Source: Balanoglossus misakiensis (Eukaryota > Animalia > Hemichordata). From it: DNA of 64,000 nt. The notes beneath the pieces are model-generated. The model saw nothing but the letters and a program-made list of their open reading frames with translations. It ran no database searches and was not told the origin of the DNA. Positions 12,901 through 27,070 of the stretch are shown one piece after another. The DNA lies in contig CM082582.2 of assembly GCA_040954595.2 (NCBI GenBank), positions 12,086,415 to 12,150,414 of the forward strand, written 5' to 3'. Each line of letters starts with the position of its first letter. Position 1 is the first letter of the stretch. A program made the translations under genes and the position numbers.

Positions 12901-15900
12901 GACTACACAGTGTTTCTGACAATCCTAGGGCTGAATATTATGTTTCTGTGATATAATGAAGTCGTTATGTTCACGAAACATCAATTATAAATAATACTTT
13001 TGCTCCGGAAAAAGTTGTCTATGCTTCATGAACACGACTAATTGGTTGTTTCTCCAACCGGTTGTGACGGTTTATGTTTCTTCAACAAAAAAATGATTTA
13101 TAACTTTTTCTGCAGTGATAACCCTGTGCAGTGGATTATAACTATTGTGTAAGAACGATCTCTAAGTGTTGGGAAAATGTGAGTCGCCCAAACAGACAAA
13201 AATAAAATAATTACTGCTATACATTGAACACAGGTACAGGTATAGGCAGCGATGTCAGTTACCATGTCAACGGACCATAAAGATTGAGACACACTTTTTA
13301 TCATTTTTGGCCTATACCAGGATCATGGCTCCATCTGTTTTATGTTGTGCTCATTTAGGGAGTCGGTAATTTCCATTCTGATGTGGAACTGTTTCATTTT
13401 GCAACTTACTAGTAATATGATGAAGACGAAATGGCTTTCCCAAAAATATATATTGATGGAATCATGTTTAGCTGTCGCCTATGAACTCACGAGCAGCGTT
13501 TTGTCGCCCATTTCGAGCGTGGCGGAAAACTGAAAAACAGCCAGTAAATGGTTTTCGATGAGGTCATCTCTACCGGCGACACTGTACGGGTCACAGTTCA
13601 CCAAATTCGCCGCTGCAGCGTGGCCCCGTCGCGGCGCCCGGGGATTGCTAATGGTTTCCGCCAAAACTGGGTCCCGCAGGGGTCGTTATGGGCGGGGAGG
13701 GGCGGACAAAATGGGCGTGGACGTCGTGAATACGTGATTTCCAGGAGACGTCTTGGTGGAACGAGAACAAAGATGGGTGGCCCTTGTTTTTGAAGATAAA
13801 AATGCCCGTGTGTACTCACTGCTTTCGTCTTCAACGCCAGCCTTGACTTTCAAAATCGCGGTCACTTGTAGCAGCCCAGTAATATCATATCAGACGTTCT
13901 GAACAGCACATTATTCATAATTCTCGCTTGACTGATCAATCCGAAACGTTAACTCAGTTTACCCAAGCGAAGTCAGGCAAGTGTCGACGTGTCGGAAACT
14001 AGTCACATTGGCGATACACTGCCACACTAATGAAATTCATGATATTCAAATGAAAGTTCCAGATTATAGGTTGCAGTGCATATGCACCTGGTGTACACCT
14101 GTATAAAGAACGACTCAACAAAAGAGCTGACCAATCAAAGGCAATCTTGCTGGAGCTCTCTTACGTCACACTTTTAATGTGAACTACATGTATATCAAAA
14201 TCCGTAAATGGTTTCTTTCAGTTTATACCGTTTTTGCGGGAATTGCGTCTAGTTTTGATTACGTACACCTGACCCTGATATTTCCGGAAATCATTGTCAT
14301 CGATGATTGGATGGGCACAATTTCAAAAGAAGGATAGTGAAATTATCCCCTTTCCTCTCCAAATCCATCTTCCATGGAGAAGGAGACAGAGACCTTGTTC
14401 TCTTCTCTCGGGCGAGGAATTTTCGTTTTAATATCGCGGGATCAAGTCAGCTTGCGGTGTTAATTTTCAAATGGACGTACGTCAGTGAAGTATTTTTTTG
14501 TTCATAACGCTATCGGCTCATCTACGATAAAACCATAAGTAAGCTAAAGATATTTTCAGATGGCTTGACTTTGCCTGGTGGTGCTCGGAGAGGAGACCCA
14601 CTCTAATTGAATTAGACCGTGTTCAGCAAATGTTTGTGAACTGGTTAATAAAATCATCTCGCTCGCTGATGCGGCATTGTGTGTCGCGAAATTGTCACAT
14701 TAACGCCTTTCAACCATTTTCATATTAGCCCTACATAAAACGCCGTTTTGTGAAAACTCTTTCTCAAAAGCTCTGCTTCAGTTTGACAAAGCCGATTTTG
14801 TCAGTGGAAAACGGCACAACCCCCTAATTTAAAGACCTTTTTGCTGGCAATGTTGTCCGACGGAGAAAGCTTTATTAGGGTTATAATCTATTTCAGGAAC
14901 ATTGGAGGGAGCTCGGTATTTGGAAGCGAGTGAGTGGCGTATATTCGGTATAATACTGTAGATTTATGTTGGCGCCGACGGGGCTCAGACAAACCCTTTC
15001 TGAAGATTCGTATCCCGCCCTTCAACTGATACGGCAAAGATGCTTCGTGTGTGCTGCACTCGGCAATACCATTTCATTTCATAATCAAAGTTTGACTAAA
15101 GCGATTTAAACAAAATACATGTATGTATATCATTATCGGTCTCAGTTACTTAACTTTTTGGTGCCTTGCTAATGCAGTTCGGCGCAATAGTTTTTTGGCC
15201 ATCTTGCTCAGGGATGTAACATTTTGTACAGGGTTTCCTCCCCATCTATAGACCACATGTTTCTTTTGTTCTTTGTGGACATAATATTCCGAGATAGACA
15301 GACGGATGGATGGACAGGAAGGGGGCAGCAAGACAGAGACAGAAAATTAGAATATGCAAATTTAACGTTAGTTTTGAATAGTTCTTTCTTATAACGGCCA
15401 TAAATTGTCTCCGCCGAGAGAACCACGCTTCTTGAAACTAACGTGAAACGGAAATGTTTCGCTAAGCTGGTTTCTGTCATCTTCGAGATTCACCAGAGCA
15501 CACACACTAAGAAGGCGTCGCCAACTAATAACGGGCCAAATTGTCGCTTTTTCCCGTCCCGAAAATGTCTGCATAAAGGTCTCCTTTTTAGATTACAAGT
15601 GAACCTCGAGCTTTGCCAATGTTCAGAGTCTGTCGAATGCAGAACCGATGTGAGACAGAGTTGAGTGCAGTTAGAACAACGGAAGACAGCAGAGTGCACC
15701 CATACAACTAACAATCAAGACGCTATGTTCACATTTGCCTCTCCGTGGATTGGCATTCAGCATGCTATTAGGCGACACAGCCCGTCCAAGCTCCTTTTTA
15801 ATTCTCTAAATTAACTTATCTGCTCCGGCTCGGCACCTTGTGAAAATACTGTTTTTCACATTTAAAACCCCCGGAATTGCAAACGGGCGTATTTTTGATT

Positions 15901-18900
15901 ACAGATAACACGAAAAGAAGTCGAACTGATAGACAACATATTGAGCGTGAAGATAAGACCCGGCCACGCTGATTTCGTATTCGCCTTCCTTCCTGAACTA
16001 CACCGCCGTGAAATTTATTTTTCCATCCATGAAAATGGTGATTGAGATTAGATCTTGACAAGAGACGGAATAAATGGTAAAAATATTCGGCACACCTTAG
16101 CGGGGGACTTAGCTAGATTCATTATCCGTATCGCCACCTTATAATGAACATGGCGGGTATGTACGAAGACTCGGGTTATTAGTCGTATTGAAAAGTCTGA
16201 TCTAAGTAAGTCGCTGGCTGAATCGGTAACAAACTGTAATATCTGCCTTCTTTGCCTGGCAAAGAGATTTAATTATAGCGTGTCGACGTGAACAAATCGC
16301 GCGCAGCCAGTTGAGGATGTGGGGATGTAAAAAGAAAGACCCCTAAATATAGCAACGCTAAATACCACCGTGGCTCCGCAAGAGCTTTACGCAGATTTAG
16401 TAGTTTGTTTTGGGGTCGCCACCGTAACGACATTTGTTAATTAATGAAGAAATATTGCGCTTGATGACTTTGCACATGTTACACAAGACCGACGCAATCT
16501 CCCTGGAAGAGAGAAACAACCGACAAACTAACATATTCCGCGAAGCCACTGGGCCGGAGAATTCCTCCAATCACGCGTAACCCTCATCCATCCATCTTTA
16601 AAATGACAGCTATACCCATATGATGAAATGTATATGAAAATCGCTTTCAAGATAGATCGCTTCATTTCTTTAAAGATTATACATCTCCATTCATGCGGCC
16701 GGCCAGCACACGACATTGAAAAAAAAACAGAAAGACGCAAACACATGATGCCTATCATTATAATCTAATTCATTGGCGCTATTTAGCAAATTTCTTAGCT
16801 GAGACACGGGACAATTGAGAAAAACTACAAAAGTGACTGATTCTGCAGTTCAAGTTTTCGCGGGGCAATAATTAGTATTCCGGCAGTGTGGACGGACAGC
16901 TTTACAGTTTTGCGTCTATCCAACTTAACTGTAAGCCTAAACAAATCAGCTTAGTGAGAGCAAAGGCTTCAGCACACGGATATCATATTCATTCTCTCAT
17001 CAATAGCCCTGGTAAAAGTACCATCGATTGCCGACAAGATGTCTTCCCCCGTCTTCGAGATAAGCGAGAGAGCGGAGAGAAACATCACAGTGGGGAAACA
17101 AGGCCCAATTTCGAGCAAAAGGGCGGCGGGGGTTTTATCCTCAAAAGAAAAAGTGAAAACCGCTATCACTCTCCTATACAACGACATTACACTCGCCGCC
17201 CTGACTGGTAATTTACTAAAACATGGGTTGATGAAGTATTATACGAGGCTCTGTTTCAATTGCCGTTTTCAGATTGCGATTTCTATCGGTGAATTTTGAA
17301 TAGCTAAACGAGATGGTCTCGGCTTTCTTCACTTCAGAGCCGGTCGTCGCTCATCACGATTCACTCTCGCTCGTCCAATTGTCGCCACGTTGTCGAGTAA
17401 AGATGGCGGCGGATTGGTCTGACCCAGAAGCGGGCTGAAAACTTTTACTCCCTTTAATGTTCCTTAAATTCACCGCGTTTGTCGATCGGATGAAACTGGT
17501 GCATTTAGAACAATTTTGCCATACCAGTCCTCACGCTAGCCATTAAAACGCGCGTACCAACATAATGTCGACAGCAACTGTACTTACAAAAAGTGTTCAC
17601 CCTTTTCATAATTTGTGGACAAATGGGCGTTCTGGTGCCAGAGTTCATAACAGTAAACTCTTAAGTCGCCTATTTCAAGAACTTTCATGTTCGTACATTA
17701 GTTTGTTTACCGTACAGCTTCTAAAGATAGACACACATATTTCTTGCATTTGAAATCTCCAGTGACTCCATTCTCCCTCTTAAATCATTTAAAATTGGAC
17801 ACAGTTTTGTTAAATTGACCCTTTACACATGCTGTCATAGCGACTTCAATCATCAGATTGATAACGTTATCTTTCTGGAGAAAGTGAAAATCTGGGACGA
17901 GAAAAGGAAATGTTTATCACATCTATACGCACGTTCACTACGCGTGCCCGCCCCGGTTGATGTTTTTCTTGGGATGTACCAAAAATAACATTTCTAAGGT
18001 CACGTGCCTGCTTAATATGATGCTGAAAGCAGATAATCTTTGGCAATCTTTGACGTCATTTGATTGACATTAGCGTGTGTTGTGCTGATATGCAGTTTGA
18101 AGGGGTTTCAATGCCGATGTGATTGCGCGCCTTGGAATCTTTTTTTATTACCAGGTTGCCGTTCCACGCAAAACCAAATAACACAAAGTTTATCGAGTTT
18201 AACGGTCGAATAAAAGTAACGGTGCGGCGTTTTCCGCATTCGAAGAAAATCCTTCCGAATCGTTAACTACATTTTGTCGTTAACTACATTTTGTACTAAT
18301 AACGTTTGATAGTACGCCACCAACAGGCGCGCGAGTCTTTGACGACAATATTAGACTTTTCTTAAAAAAATCCCCAAGCACAAACAACTTTTGGTTCAAA
18401 AAAGTTTCCAAGAGGTCCGAAATTTTATAGCTGTCCTTCGATCCATATAAAAATTCAATAAAACTCATAAATGGCTTTACTGCGGAAAGGTTGAAAGTTC
18501 TGATAAAACGACAGAAAGATGGGAGCCCGCAAATTGTAACAGACGGCATAAAATGAAGGATGCGAAATGAAAGGGCGGGATGATTCTGAGACAGGCTGAT
18601 GAGTTTGTTTTGGTTGTATAATGCTTCTGGCTCGGGCACCCCTAAATATATATCACAGAGAACAACCACGGACATGATTAAAAACTATAAAATGACACTC
18701 AGTTAATCGATGCTACAATAAAGTGTAATTGGCTATGGCGGGTCGAGGAGGGGGGCTGAATGAATGAGCGCAATGGCGGCAGCGCTGAACTCCGAATATC
18801 ACTTACGCTCGATAAGAAAAATGGTAGCTTTCATTGTCTGTGATAGGAAATCTGATGAGTTGAGCTAAACGACGACGGCAAAGAGAGCGAGAGAAACAAT

Positions 18901-20108
18901 TTCCATCGAATTAGTCCTGGTGGACCTCGTCCTTTTATGACATTTTTCTTGGGATTTTGATTCACTCCGATTTAAAACCGCCACGCACCTGGGTGGCACA
19001 GCCTTTTCAACGGCGAATACGGTTTTAATATTTTACGGTGCGCGCCCGGGGTGCATCGCCATCGCTCAGCACGTACGGAAAACTCAGAGCCAAATATCTC
19101 CGAGATTTTCAAGAAAACTCTCTTGTGAACAAAGCATCATAACACAAATCTGTAGGATTTGGAAGAAATCATCGCCGCCCTTGAATTTAGATTACTAAAA
19201 GTTTCACCGGGTATTCATTCGGAATTTAAATCAGAGGCTAACCCTAGAGAGACACAATGCTCTCCAAGATTTCGCGTCGTCTTCTCCAGTTCGCCACTAA
19301 ACCTGAAAAGGCATCCGCACATTTTTCTGAGTGGAAAAAAGATGGCACTCTACTCCAAGCTTGTTCGTTGTCGATTTGGAAATTTAAGACGATCACGGTC
19401 TAAGTGGGCAATTTACTTGAGGTTTCTGGAGGGAGACTTGAAGCATCTGCGCAAAGCGCTAAATTGAAACTTATACTTTCTTCTCAGAGTGGAAACTTCG
19501 CCCTGGGACTGCATTTCCGAAGAGTTGTCTCCATACAAAAACAGGGCAGCCGTGATTGAATGGCCACTTACGTCTTGTTATCAGCGCGTCCAAATTGTCG
19601 TGACGCCTGCTTGGCATTGTTGGCGTATCAAAAGCAGAGCCAGTTATTACATTAAACGCGGATAGAATGACTGATCGGGGAGCGTTCGGAAAGATAGATG
19701 TTGGCTCCTCCGCGGACAGTGCATGATGACATTGGTGTATCATCAACTCCACGCGTAAAAGTGTCATCACAACGGTGAATACAGATATCTCCGACTGCGC
19801 GTGCACTGTTGCCACTGAAATAGTTTCAGTTGTTATAGTAACGTATACAGGGTCTGTGCGATGCACAGCACTGTGCAAAAGTTTGGCTTGATCGTCAAGT
19901 CAGCCTCAACCTGTAAGTCACTTCAGTCAACCCCCCCCCCCCACCCTGCTATGAATTGATTCGCAAGATATCCAAACCACCAATATTTGGAAATCTGGTA
20001 TGAGCTACAATAATTATACAGATATTGTCCAATTCCAATAACTTTGATCGGCGAAGGGCGTCACCCCGTGTCGCGGCATTAACGCCGCCGCAGTCTCGAC
20101 TCTGAAGA

Positions 20109-20354
20109 CTACAACTGAAGAACATGGAACTGTTCCCGAAGAGCGGGAATACAGCGACGGGATTTGACATACCAAGGCGTAAATTCGTGACTGCTGAGTG
20201 GTGGTTGATATGCTGACAGACTCCGTCTGTAAGATTCAAAGTCCAAGATTACCACAGATTTTTGTTCCATTTCTGCCGCTAATTCAGTCGGCGTCGGCGT
20301 CTTGCCCGCCGTATCCACCTTAAACAAAGACTTATCGAATTCTTTTGCCAGCAT
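20109..20354 (-). CDS. Candidate 81-aa microprotein (uncharacterised)
   Basis: True ATG start with in-frame stops just upstream and a protein-like composition. Upstream on the minus strand are TATATAAA (20751-20744), an Inr-like site near 20717 and a CAG|GTGAGG donor at 20675/20674. No family was recognised with certainty. Confidence 0.45.
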   Translation of the reverse strand: MLAKEFDKSLFKVDTAGKTPTPTELAAEMEQKSVVILDFESYRRSLSAYQPPLSSHEFTPWYVKSRRCIPALREQFHVLQL

Positions 20355-22977
20355 CTAACATTAGCAATTTTCTCTCATCATTCGGGTTTGATTCCCACAG
20401 CTTACTTAAGAGCAATAAGCTGTCCCCTTCTTTGTCTCGGTGTAAATTTCGTTTACCGTGTTTGTTTTACCCCTTATTCCTCGAATTAGGCCGGCCTTTG
20501 TGCGTGTAATTTAATTTCTCCAGTCATTAGTGTTTCCTATAGGGAGTAGCCTTCTGTTGGGTACCTCTTGCATTTGATAATAGCTTCGTTAAATTGCGCT
20601 TTCTCCGGGATTAAATATACCTTTGTTACACTCCAGTGTTTACAAATCTGTTTGCACGAAACTGTATTCCTCACCTGTAACAATTGCACGCAACCGAGAT
20701 GCCGAGGGAATGAAAATGTACTTCCCCTGTCGAACGGCACGACTTTATATAGCTCTAAATTCTGTACTTACACTGCATGTTAGACTAACTGCATGTGTGT
20801 CACTCACGGTGACTACTTTATAGGGCGCCCTCTCGACACGGTCAGCATTTGATTCAGAATGCGCAGAGGGCCCACCTGTGAATACCACGTGCGCGCAACC
20901 CGAGATCCAGTGATGACATACCAAACCTCCACGGACTACTGTTTGTTGATGCATACACTTGCAACTAAAGGGCTTACAAATTAAATTAACTTATTCCAAG
21001 TAGAGTTCCCGCTCAAAGACTGTGGTTTTGCCAATTTTCTTCCAATCTGATATATCGGGCCCGAATCAAATTTAATTATCCGCCTCTGACAACGTGAATT
21101 CGACACCCCGTCTCTTCCACGCAAAACTGCAAAAACGGGTCCTCTATCGGTTGTTAGATCGAAAATGCGAGGACTTCGAGAAGTCAAGATTTCAGCAGAT
21201 AGCCTGGCTGAATTAGATCTTGCAGTTTTATTCATGTGTCTTTGTGGCCGTCAATTTGAATTATCGTGATTCAAGGGGTCAAACGCGCAGTCGTTTAACG
21301 TTGGATCCCCGACCTGTGTGCATCAACTTTTTTTGACGCCGGAACACGTGCCAAATTATCTGTTGTCGCATGATTGGTTTCATCTTGCTAACACAACAGA
21401 AATAGCATATAGATGGTGCAAAGACCAATCCACAAAAGCCGACCATATATCAATACCCATTTATCACAAATAAACTGTCCAGGAATTTCGTTTTAAAACA
21501 AACATGCGCTGAATATTTTTTACTGCAGTGTATTTGTTACATTTGCAAATGCGGCCATGGGTTTGGTACTTTTATTATGAAAAGACATCACATCTGTCCA
21601 TGAAATAAAAATGCCGCCCAACCCAGTATCGTTTGAATAGTACATTCACACCGAACCTAACTGGGAATATCGCCATGCTCAGGGATGCCTACAAAACTAT
21701 GATGACTCGCGAGAGGTCATGTGACGAGCATGTGACCTCCATCATGAACATTTCACACGTGTGAATGTCCTTTGAGGAGTCACATAAAACACTGTAGTAA
21801 AATCTCGCTACAGATCTATGGTCATTTAAAGTGGAAACAGTTATGTTTACAGGGCGATAAATTGTTCCCTTGAACAAACACGTCCATAACTTAAAATTTT
21901 ATATACGTGACTTTTAATCTGTGTTGTTTTTAAACTTTCATTTTATGTTCTGAAAATGGTTTACTGGCAAAATAAACCGAGTCTGGCGTAGTCCGGAAGG
22001 AAGCGCGTCACTGCGAAAGTAGAGGAAATACGACGCAAGCTGATTTCAAAGTTCTAAAGCTAAAGTGAACCAAATATATTTTGGATGCCCCTTTTTAAAT
22101 GAAACCAAACAGTCGTTTACAAACAACCTGCATCCCTAAGCTATATTGTGCTCTTCCAGTAATATAATAAACCCCAGAATTAGACCCCATCTGCTGCCTG
22201 GACGCTCTAAACGCACACTGCCATAAGAGAACAAATTTCTGCTCATTTTCCAATCATACACCTCCATTATCCCGACTTAACGAAAGAAAAATGGCAACCA
22301 CAGGTCACCTTGTAAGGTGTTAACCAGTGGCCAGAACCACAGCGATTTTCGGTCCATTAGTAAACCATTATAGCGTCATTAGTCCAAATTAAAGTCTCGT
22401 TGAAATGATAGACACTGCAGCCACTAGCAGATGTCCGTGATTTGACGAGCTCTCTATGACGATGCTCACGTGTGGTCTGCCGTTCAGTCGCTGTTGTTAC
22501 GGCTTTCAGACCGTGGACTTTCACAAACTTGTCTGGCTCTAATTTATGCTAGTGTCATTATTTCAGTCCGCGTGCACCGCCATCGATCCATACTTTTAAA
22601 AAAAAGTCAAATTAGTGGTTGCAATTGACCGCAACAATGACTAATACATTTTCTTACCACACGCCATGGCCATTACCCGCAATGCGATGCAACACAGTAG
22701 CGGGAAATTGGCTCAACTTTTCACTCCGCCAAAATTACACGCATGTTACGGCATTAACGAAAGATTAATGACTATATACCTCATAAAACGGCTTAGTTTA
22801 AAGTATTCGAGAGCGAGAGGAGGAAGGGCTGTTCGGAAATACAATGTATTAATTTTATAGGGTACTCGAACAGAGTACTATTAAAACCTTTAAAAATACA
22901 AAATTGTAAAACCAATCAAAATATGGATGATTGGTAGCACAGTTTTAGTAAATGATGAAATTCCTGCAAATGTTACA

Positions 22978-25347
22978 CTAAGTTACTTTTTCCTTTTGAG
23001 TTTTCCGTTTGCAACATAATCGCCAGGAGAACCGGACCAATTTTCTAAGCAAGAAAACGAGGATAAGTAGACAAACGAGTAAGACAGCTGCAACGTCCAG
23101 CAAGAAATACTGGGAGAAATTCAGATTGTGCGCTTGCGCTCTGAGATGCTGGCCGCCATGTTTGATGACGTATTCGATCCAGAAGATGGCCGTGTTGCTA
23201 GGTGACATAGGTTTGTCGCGATGGATTCTGGATACTCGCTTGGCATTTTCTTTGTATCTGGTGTATGAAAAAAAATCACACACAAGATTTCAAAGCCACA
23301 TTGACTGATAATTCAGCGTCACGTCCGACCATTCACGCCCTAGGTAGCAGAACAAAATACATGTATAATCACGGATGAACTTTCTTCAAAAGACACGGCA
23401 AAAATAGACAAAAGAAACACTCACTCTGGTTCTGACTTGATGGCCTGATATAATTCGTCCGAGGTCATGCTCATGATATTCACGGTCACCGCCATACCTT
23501 TCGCGGAGATTCTGGCGAAGTTGTCGGTGTGATCGCCGTAGAGTGGTATGCTCACCACGGGGACACCGTGAAAGATAGCTTCGTAGATACCGTTGATGCC
23601 ACCATGGGTGACAAAAGCCCTCGTCTTTGGATGACCTGTGGTAAAGTACACCAAGTGTAAAGAAAATGTCGAACTTTACGCTCTCTTTCTATGGTGAGAT
23701 CAATCGCCGGCAAGCAAGGATTAGTGCGAGTCACATCCTCCATGGGGTCATCGCACTGTATGCGCAACAATTCTTATCTACTAGACAGGTGTGTGGGAGC
23801 GAATGAATAGCCCAGGTGTGCTGTGGACAAACAATACGCCCGACTAGCAGTGCATCGATCGGCCATGTGACGTTTGCCGTGTGTCACATGAGAATGTCCC
23901 CCCATTAACTGTCTAGCCACGCAGGATCTCGTGGAGTTCGGAAAATGGTCTACTGGTATTTCGTTATTCTTGCTGACGCTTATAGCTCCTTGGCGCATGC
24001 AAGGATGTCGCAAGACTAGCATCATAAACGTGATTTACCCAGTAAGTCATTCTGCGGAATCCAACCACTCAGCTTTGTGTTGTTACCGACGTTTCTTGGC
24101 GGTTCTCCTTTGTATCGCATCACAACCTTCTGTGGCAATCTGGCCAAAGCTGACATCACAATTTCGGCCTTTTCGGGGTCAACGCCGAGATTCACGTAAC
24201 TTCCGAAAGAGACCACCACAATTCCGTTCTCTGCCGACTGTACGAAATCTTCCCATTCCTTTGAGATGAAAAAAGAAGACTAGTTTACCTCATAATAAAA
24301 AAACACACTTTCCAAAAATACTGTGAGCTACATCAGCACATGGTGACGTCCGGTATCCATCAACCTAGCAACCCCCAGATCAGTGGAACTGACAATTCCC
24401 TTTAGGTTAGGTCTAATGAACGTATGGCGACTGTTTATCAGAAGAAAAAGGACATCGGGGATACTTACAGCATTAAGTGGGGATGATTCTTCGGCCAACA
24501 GACCGCCAATAAACACAGTGTTTGGCATGAAAGGACGCGGAAACTCAAACGACCAGTCTACTGTGAAAAGAGCTATTTCAGCTCTGGACAGGGATTCTGT
24601 CATGCCCATATCAGGTTGGATGTCGTACCGTTTCTTGAGTTCTTCAAAAGGTGATACTAAGACTAAGTTGAAGACGGCGAATGTAACGAGATTTATTAAG
24701 ACGTTCTGCAGCCGCTGTGGAAATGTCATCTTGTCCGTGAGTCCGGATTGTATGCCCGGCACGTATGAAAGCGGACAAGGAATGCCCAGGTAATGTGCAT
24801 CCACCTGAGGTATAGGTCTGTTGTTGGCTACGATTGCAAATGGCAAAGACAGTTTCTGTGCGATCAGAATACTGCATAGCCCTATATTATCTAAGACGAC
24901 AAGGTCAAAGTTGGCCTTTTCCAGACGACTGAACATCTCTCGGTCATTCAGTATAGTTTCGCAATCTTTCAATGTAGGCTCAAGAAGTAGTTTCGTATCC
25001 TCGAACCGATGCTTTCCGCTGAACGCCCTCAAACTGAAGATGGTCGTTATTTTCTCGAAGTGAGTTTCGTCCAAAGTCGTCCTGTATTTTTCAACGGTGA
25101 AGAGTTTCTTGTAGTCCGGCGTCTTTCTCAGATCATTGTGGTGACCAAGGACAAAGGTGACGTTGTGACCAGATTTGACGAGCAGATCGCCTATTTTGGC
25201 CAGGTAAAGGTAATGGCTACCAGTGGAAAACGCCGGAAGAATCAGTATGTTGTGGCATGAAACAGAACAGACGACACACGCGCACAGGACCAAGAAAACT
25301 TTCACAAATCCAACAAGTGGTGGTAGGCGCAGTTGTGACGACGCCAT
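22978..25347 (-). CDS. UDP-glycosyltransferase (UGT family; UGT8/galactosyltransferase-like signature), about 529 aa, 4 exons
   Basis: Exons 25347-24469, 24258-24039, 23635-23425 and 23257-22978 splice in frame. Signal peptide, catalytic GSH motif, signature [44 protein letters not shown], C-terminal TM helix and KEKVT dilysine ER-retrieval tail. Confidence 0.95.
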
Positions 25348-27070
25348 CTTTTCTGTCCGAGGCGGTCAGCATTGTCCGTGCGAGATAGTGCGTAACTATG
25401 GGTCATCTTCACACAGTGAATAATGACCTCGGGTCAGCCGGGGACACAGTACCTGTTGAACACTGACACAATCTTTCAATAAACGTACGAAACTTTGTTG
25501 TGTGGACACACTGTTGGGGGCGCTCTACAGGCAAGAACAATTTAGACGAATTTCCTTAAAGTTTTGCGACACATTTAGTATAAAACTGCCACCATAACAT
25601 TAAATTAAAATTGATCATACATTTTATTTACACCTTACACACTCTTAAATAATTTGGACAAAACCCATTTTGGGAACTGAGCTTTCGAATCAGTAGTGAG
25701 AATACTGGTATCTTTCATGAGATCATAAAAGCTTTAAAGGGGCAAGTATAAAGCGTACTGCAAGACATCCAAAATCAAATAAACCTACACCTAATACTGT
25801 GTTATAAAGCTGAAAACCATCCACCATTACGGAAAGAAATTAGGGAGTAAATGTTAGCTGAATATGTAAAAAAATAACAGTAAAATAACATGGCATTATG
25901 TTTAAAATGTATGTAGTCAGCACAACTTTGCTTGTGGCCAGGCTAAAAATCACTATTTTTATATATTTACCAATATTCAAGCTTGTTAAAACTTCCCTCA
26001 AATCAGAGGAAGAAAAGGCCATATGATATGCACTGGAAATTATCACAAGTTGATTGCCAGTTTTTTAAACTTCACTAGTGTAGCAACCATCAAATCTGAC
26101 AGAGGTCTGAATATAAAATATGAATTCCACATTACGTCCATTAGGCTAAATGTTGACATTGCAGAGTCGTGGAAGCGGTTATATTTTCCACCAAAAGTGA
26201 CGAACAATCTCATGCAATGACCACTGATTATCATATCTGATTTGCACATTGTATGGCCACCTGAAATGTGGAACCCCACAGAAGACAAAAGTAGACAGTA
26301 TTCAACAATTGCATTCTCCAAACAGACTTCACATCCCTCCACTCTCCACACACCAAAGCCCTGACCATTCATGACCACCACAGGGACCACAATTCTGATT
26401 CTGCAAAACAACACAGCTGACCCCTTGGTCATGACCATTTGTCTGTTCTGAAATACAAACACATATTTCAGACACAGACGAGAAATGTACAACACTTGGA
26501 TTTGAAGCCAAAGTCCCTAAACCTAAAACCTATACACACACCCACTTAAATCCTAAGCATATACGGTATATTTCAACACAGGACGGGACACGAAACACAA
26601 AACACCAGGTCTTCCTGATATAACATTGGCACCGTCAGAAAAGCCTAATCTAATACACTTTGCATAGTCTTGTATGGCAGGAAAATATTAAGTAACTAAT
26701 AACAATGGAGGACAGAATCTGTGACACAAATTCAAGCGATCTGAGTTGTGTGATAATTAGTCAAGGTGCTATGCACTGGCATGATTTATAGAAATTCAAT
26801 CTACGGTGAAATGTATGTGGACGGTGATATTTGCCTTCCTGAAACAAATTATGTGTAATTAAGTAAAAAAAAATATACAACAGATCTACTCCAAGTTCAT
26901 GGACTGACAGGCATCTATAACTGTTCTTGTTAGTTGCTCACCAAAAACCCTAAGATTTTTTTTCCTCTTCATCTGGTTTGTCCATTTTCCAAGATTGAGT
27001 GACAATCACAAAACTTGGTTATCTAACAAATACCATCAATTACAATTTGACATGTATGAAGTTTCCATGG

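Noticed and set aside
17300-17460. YY1/CCAAT promoter-like patch (AAGATGGCGG) or Kolobok-type end (CCCTTTAA)
   Set aside because: No downstream gene structure and no matching terminal repeat found.
25718-25737. bantam-like sequence TGAGATCATAAAAGC
   Set aside because: Only a partial match and no convincing precursor hairpin.
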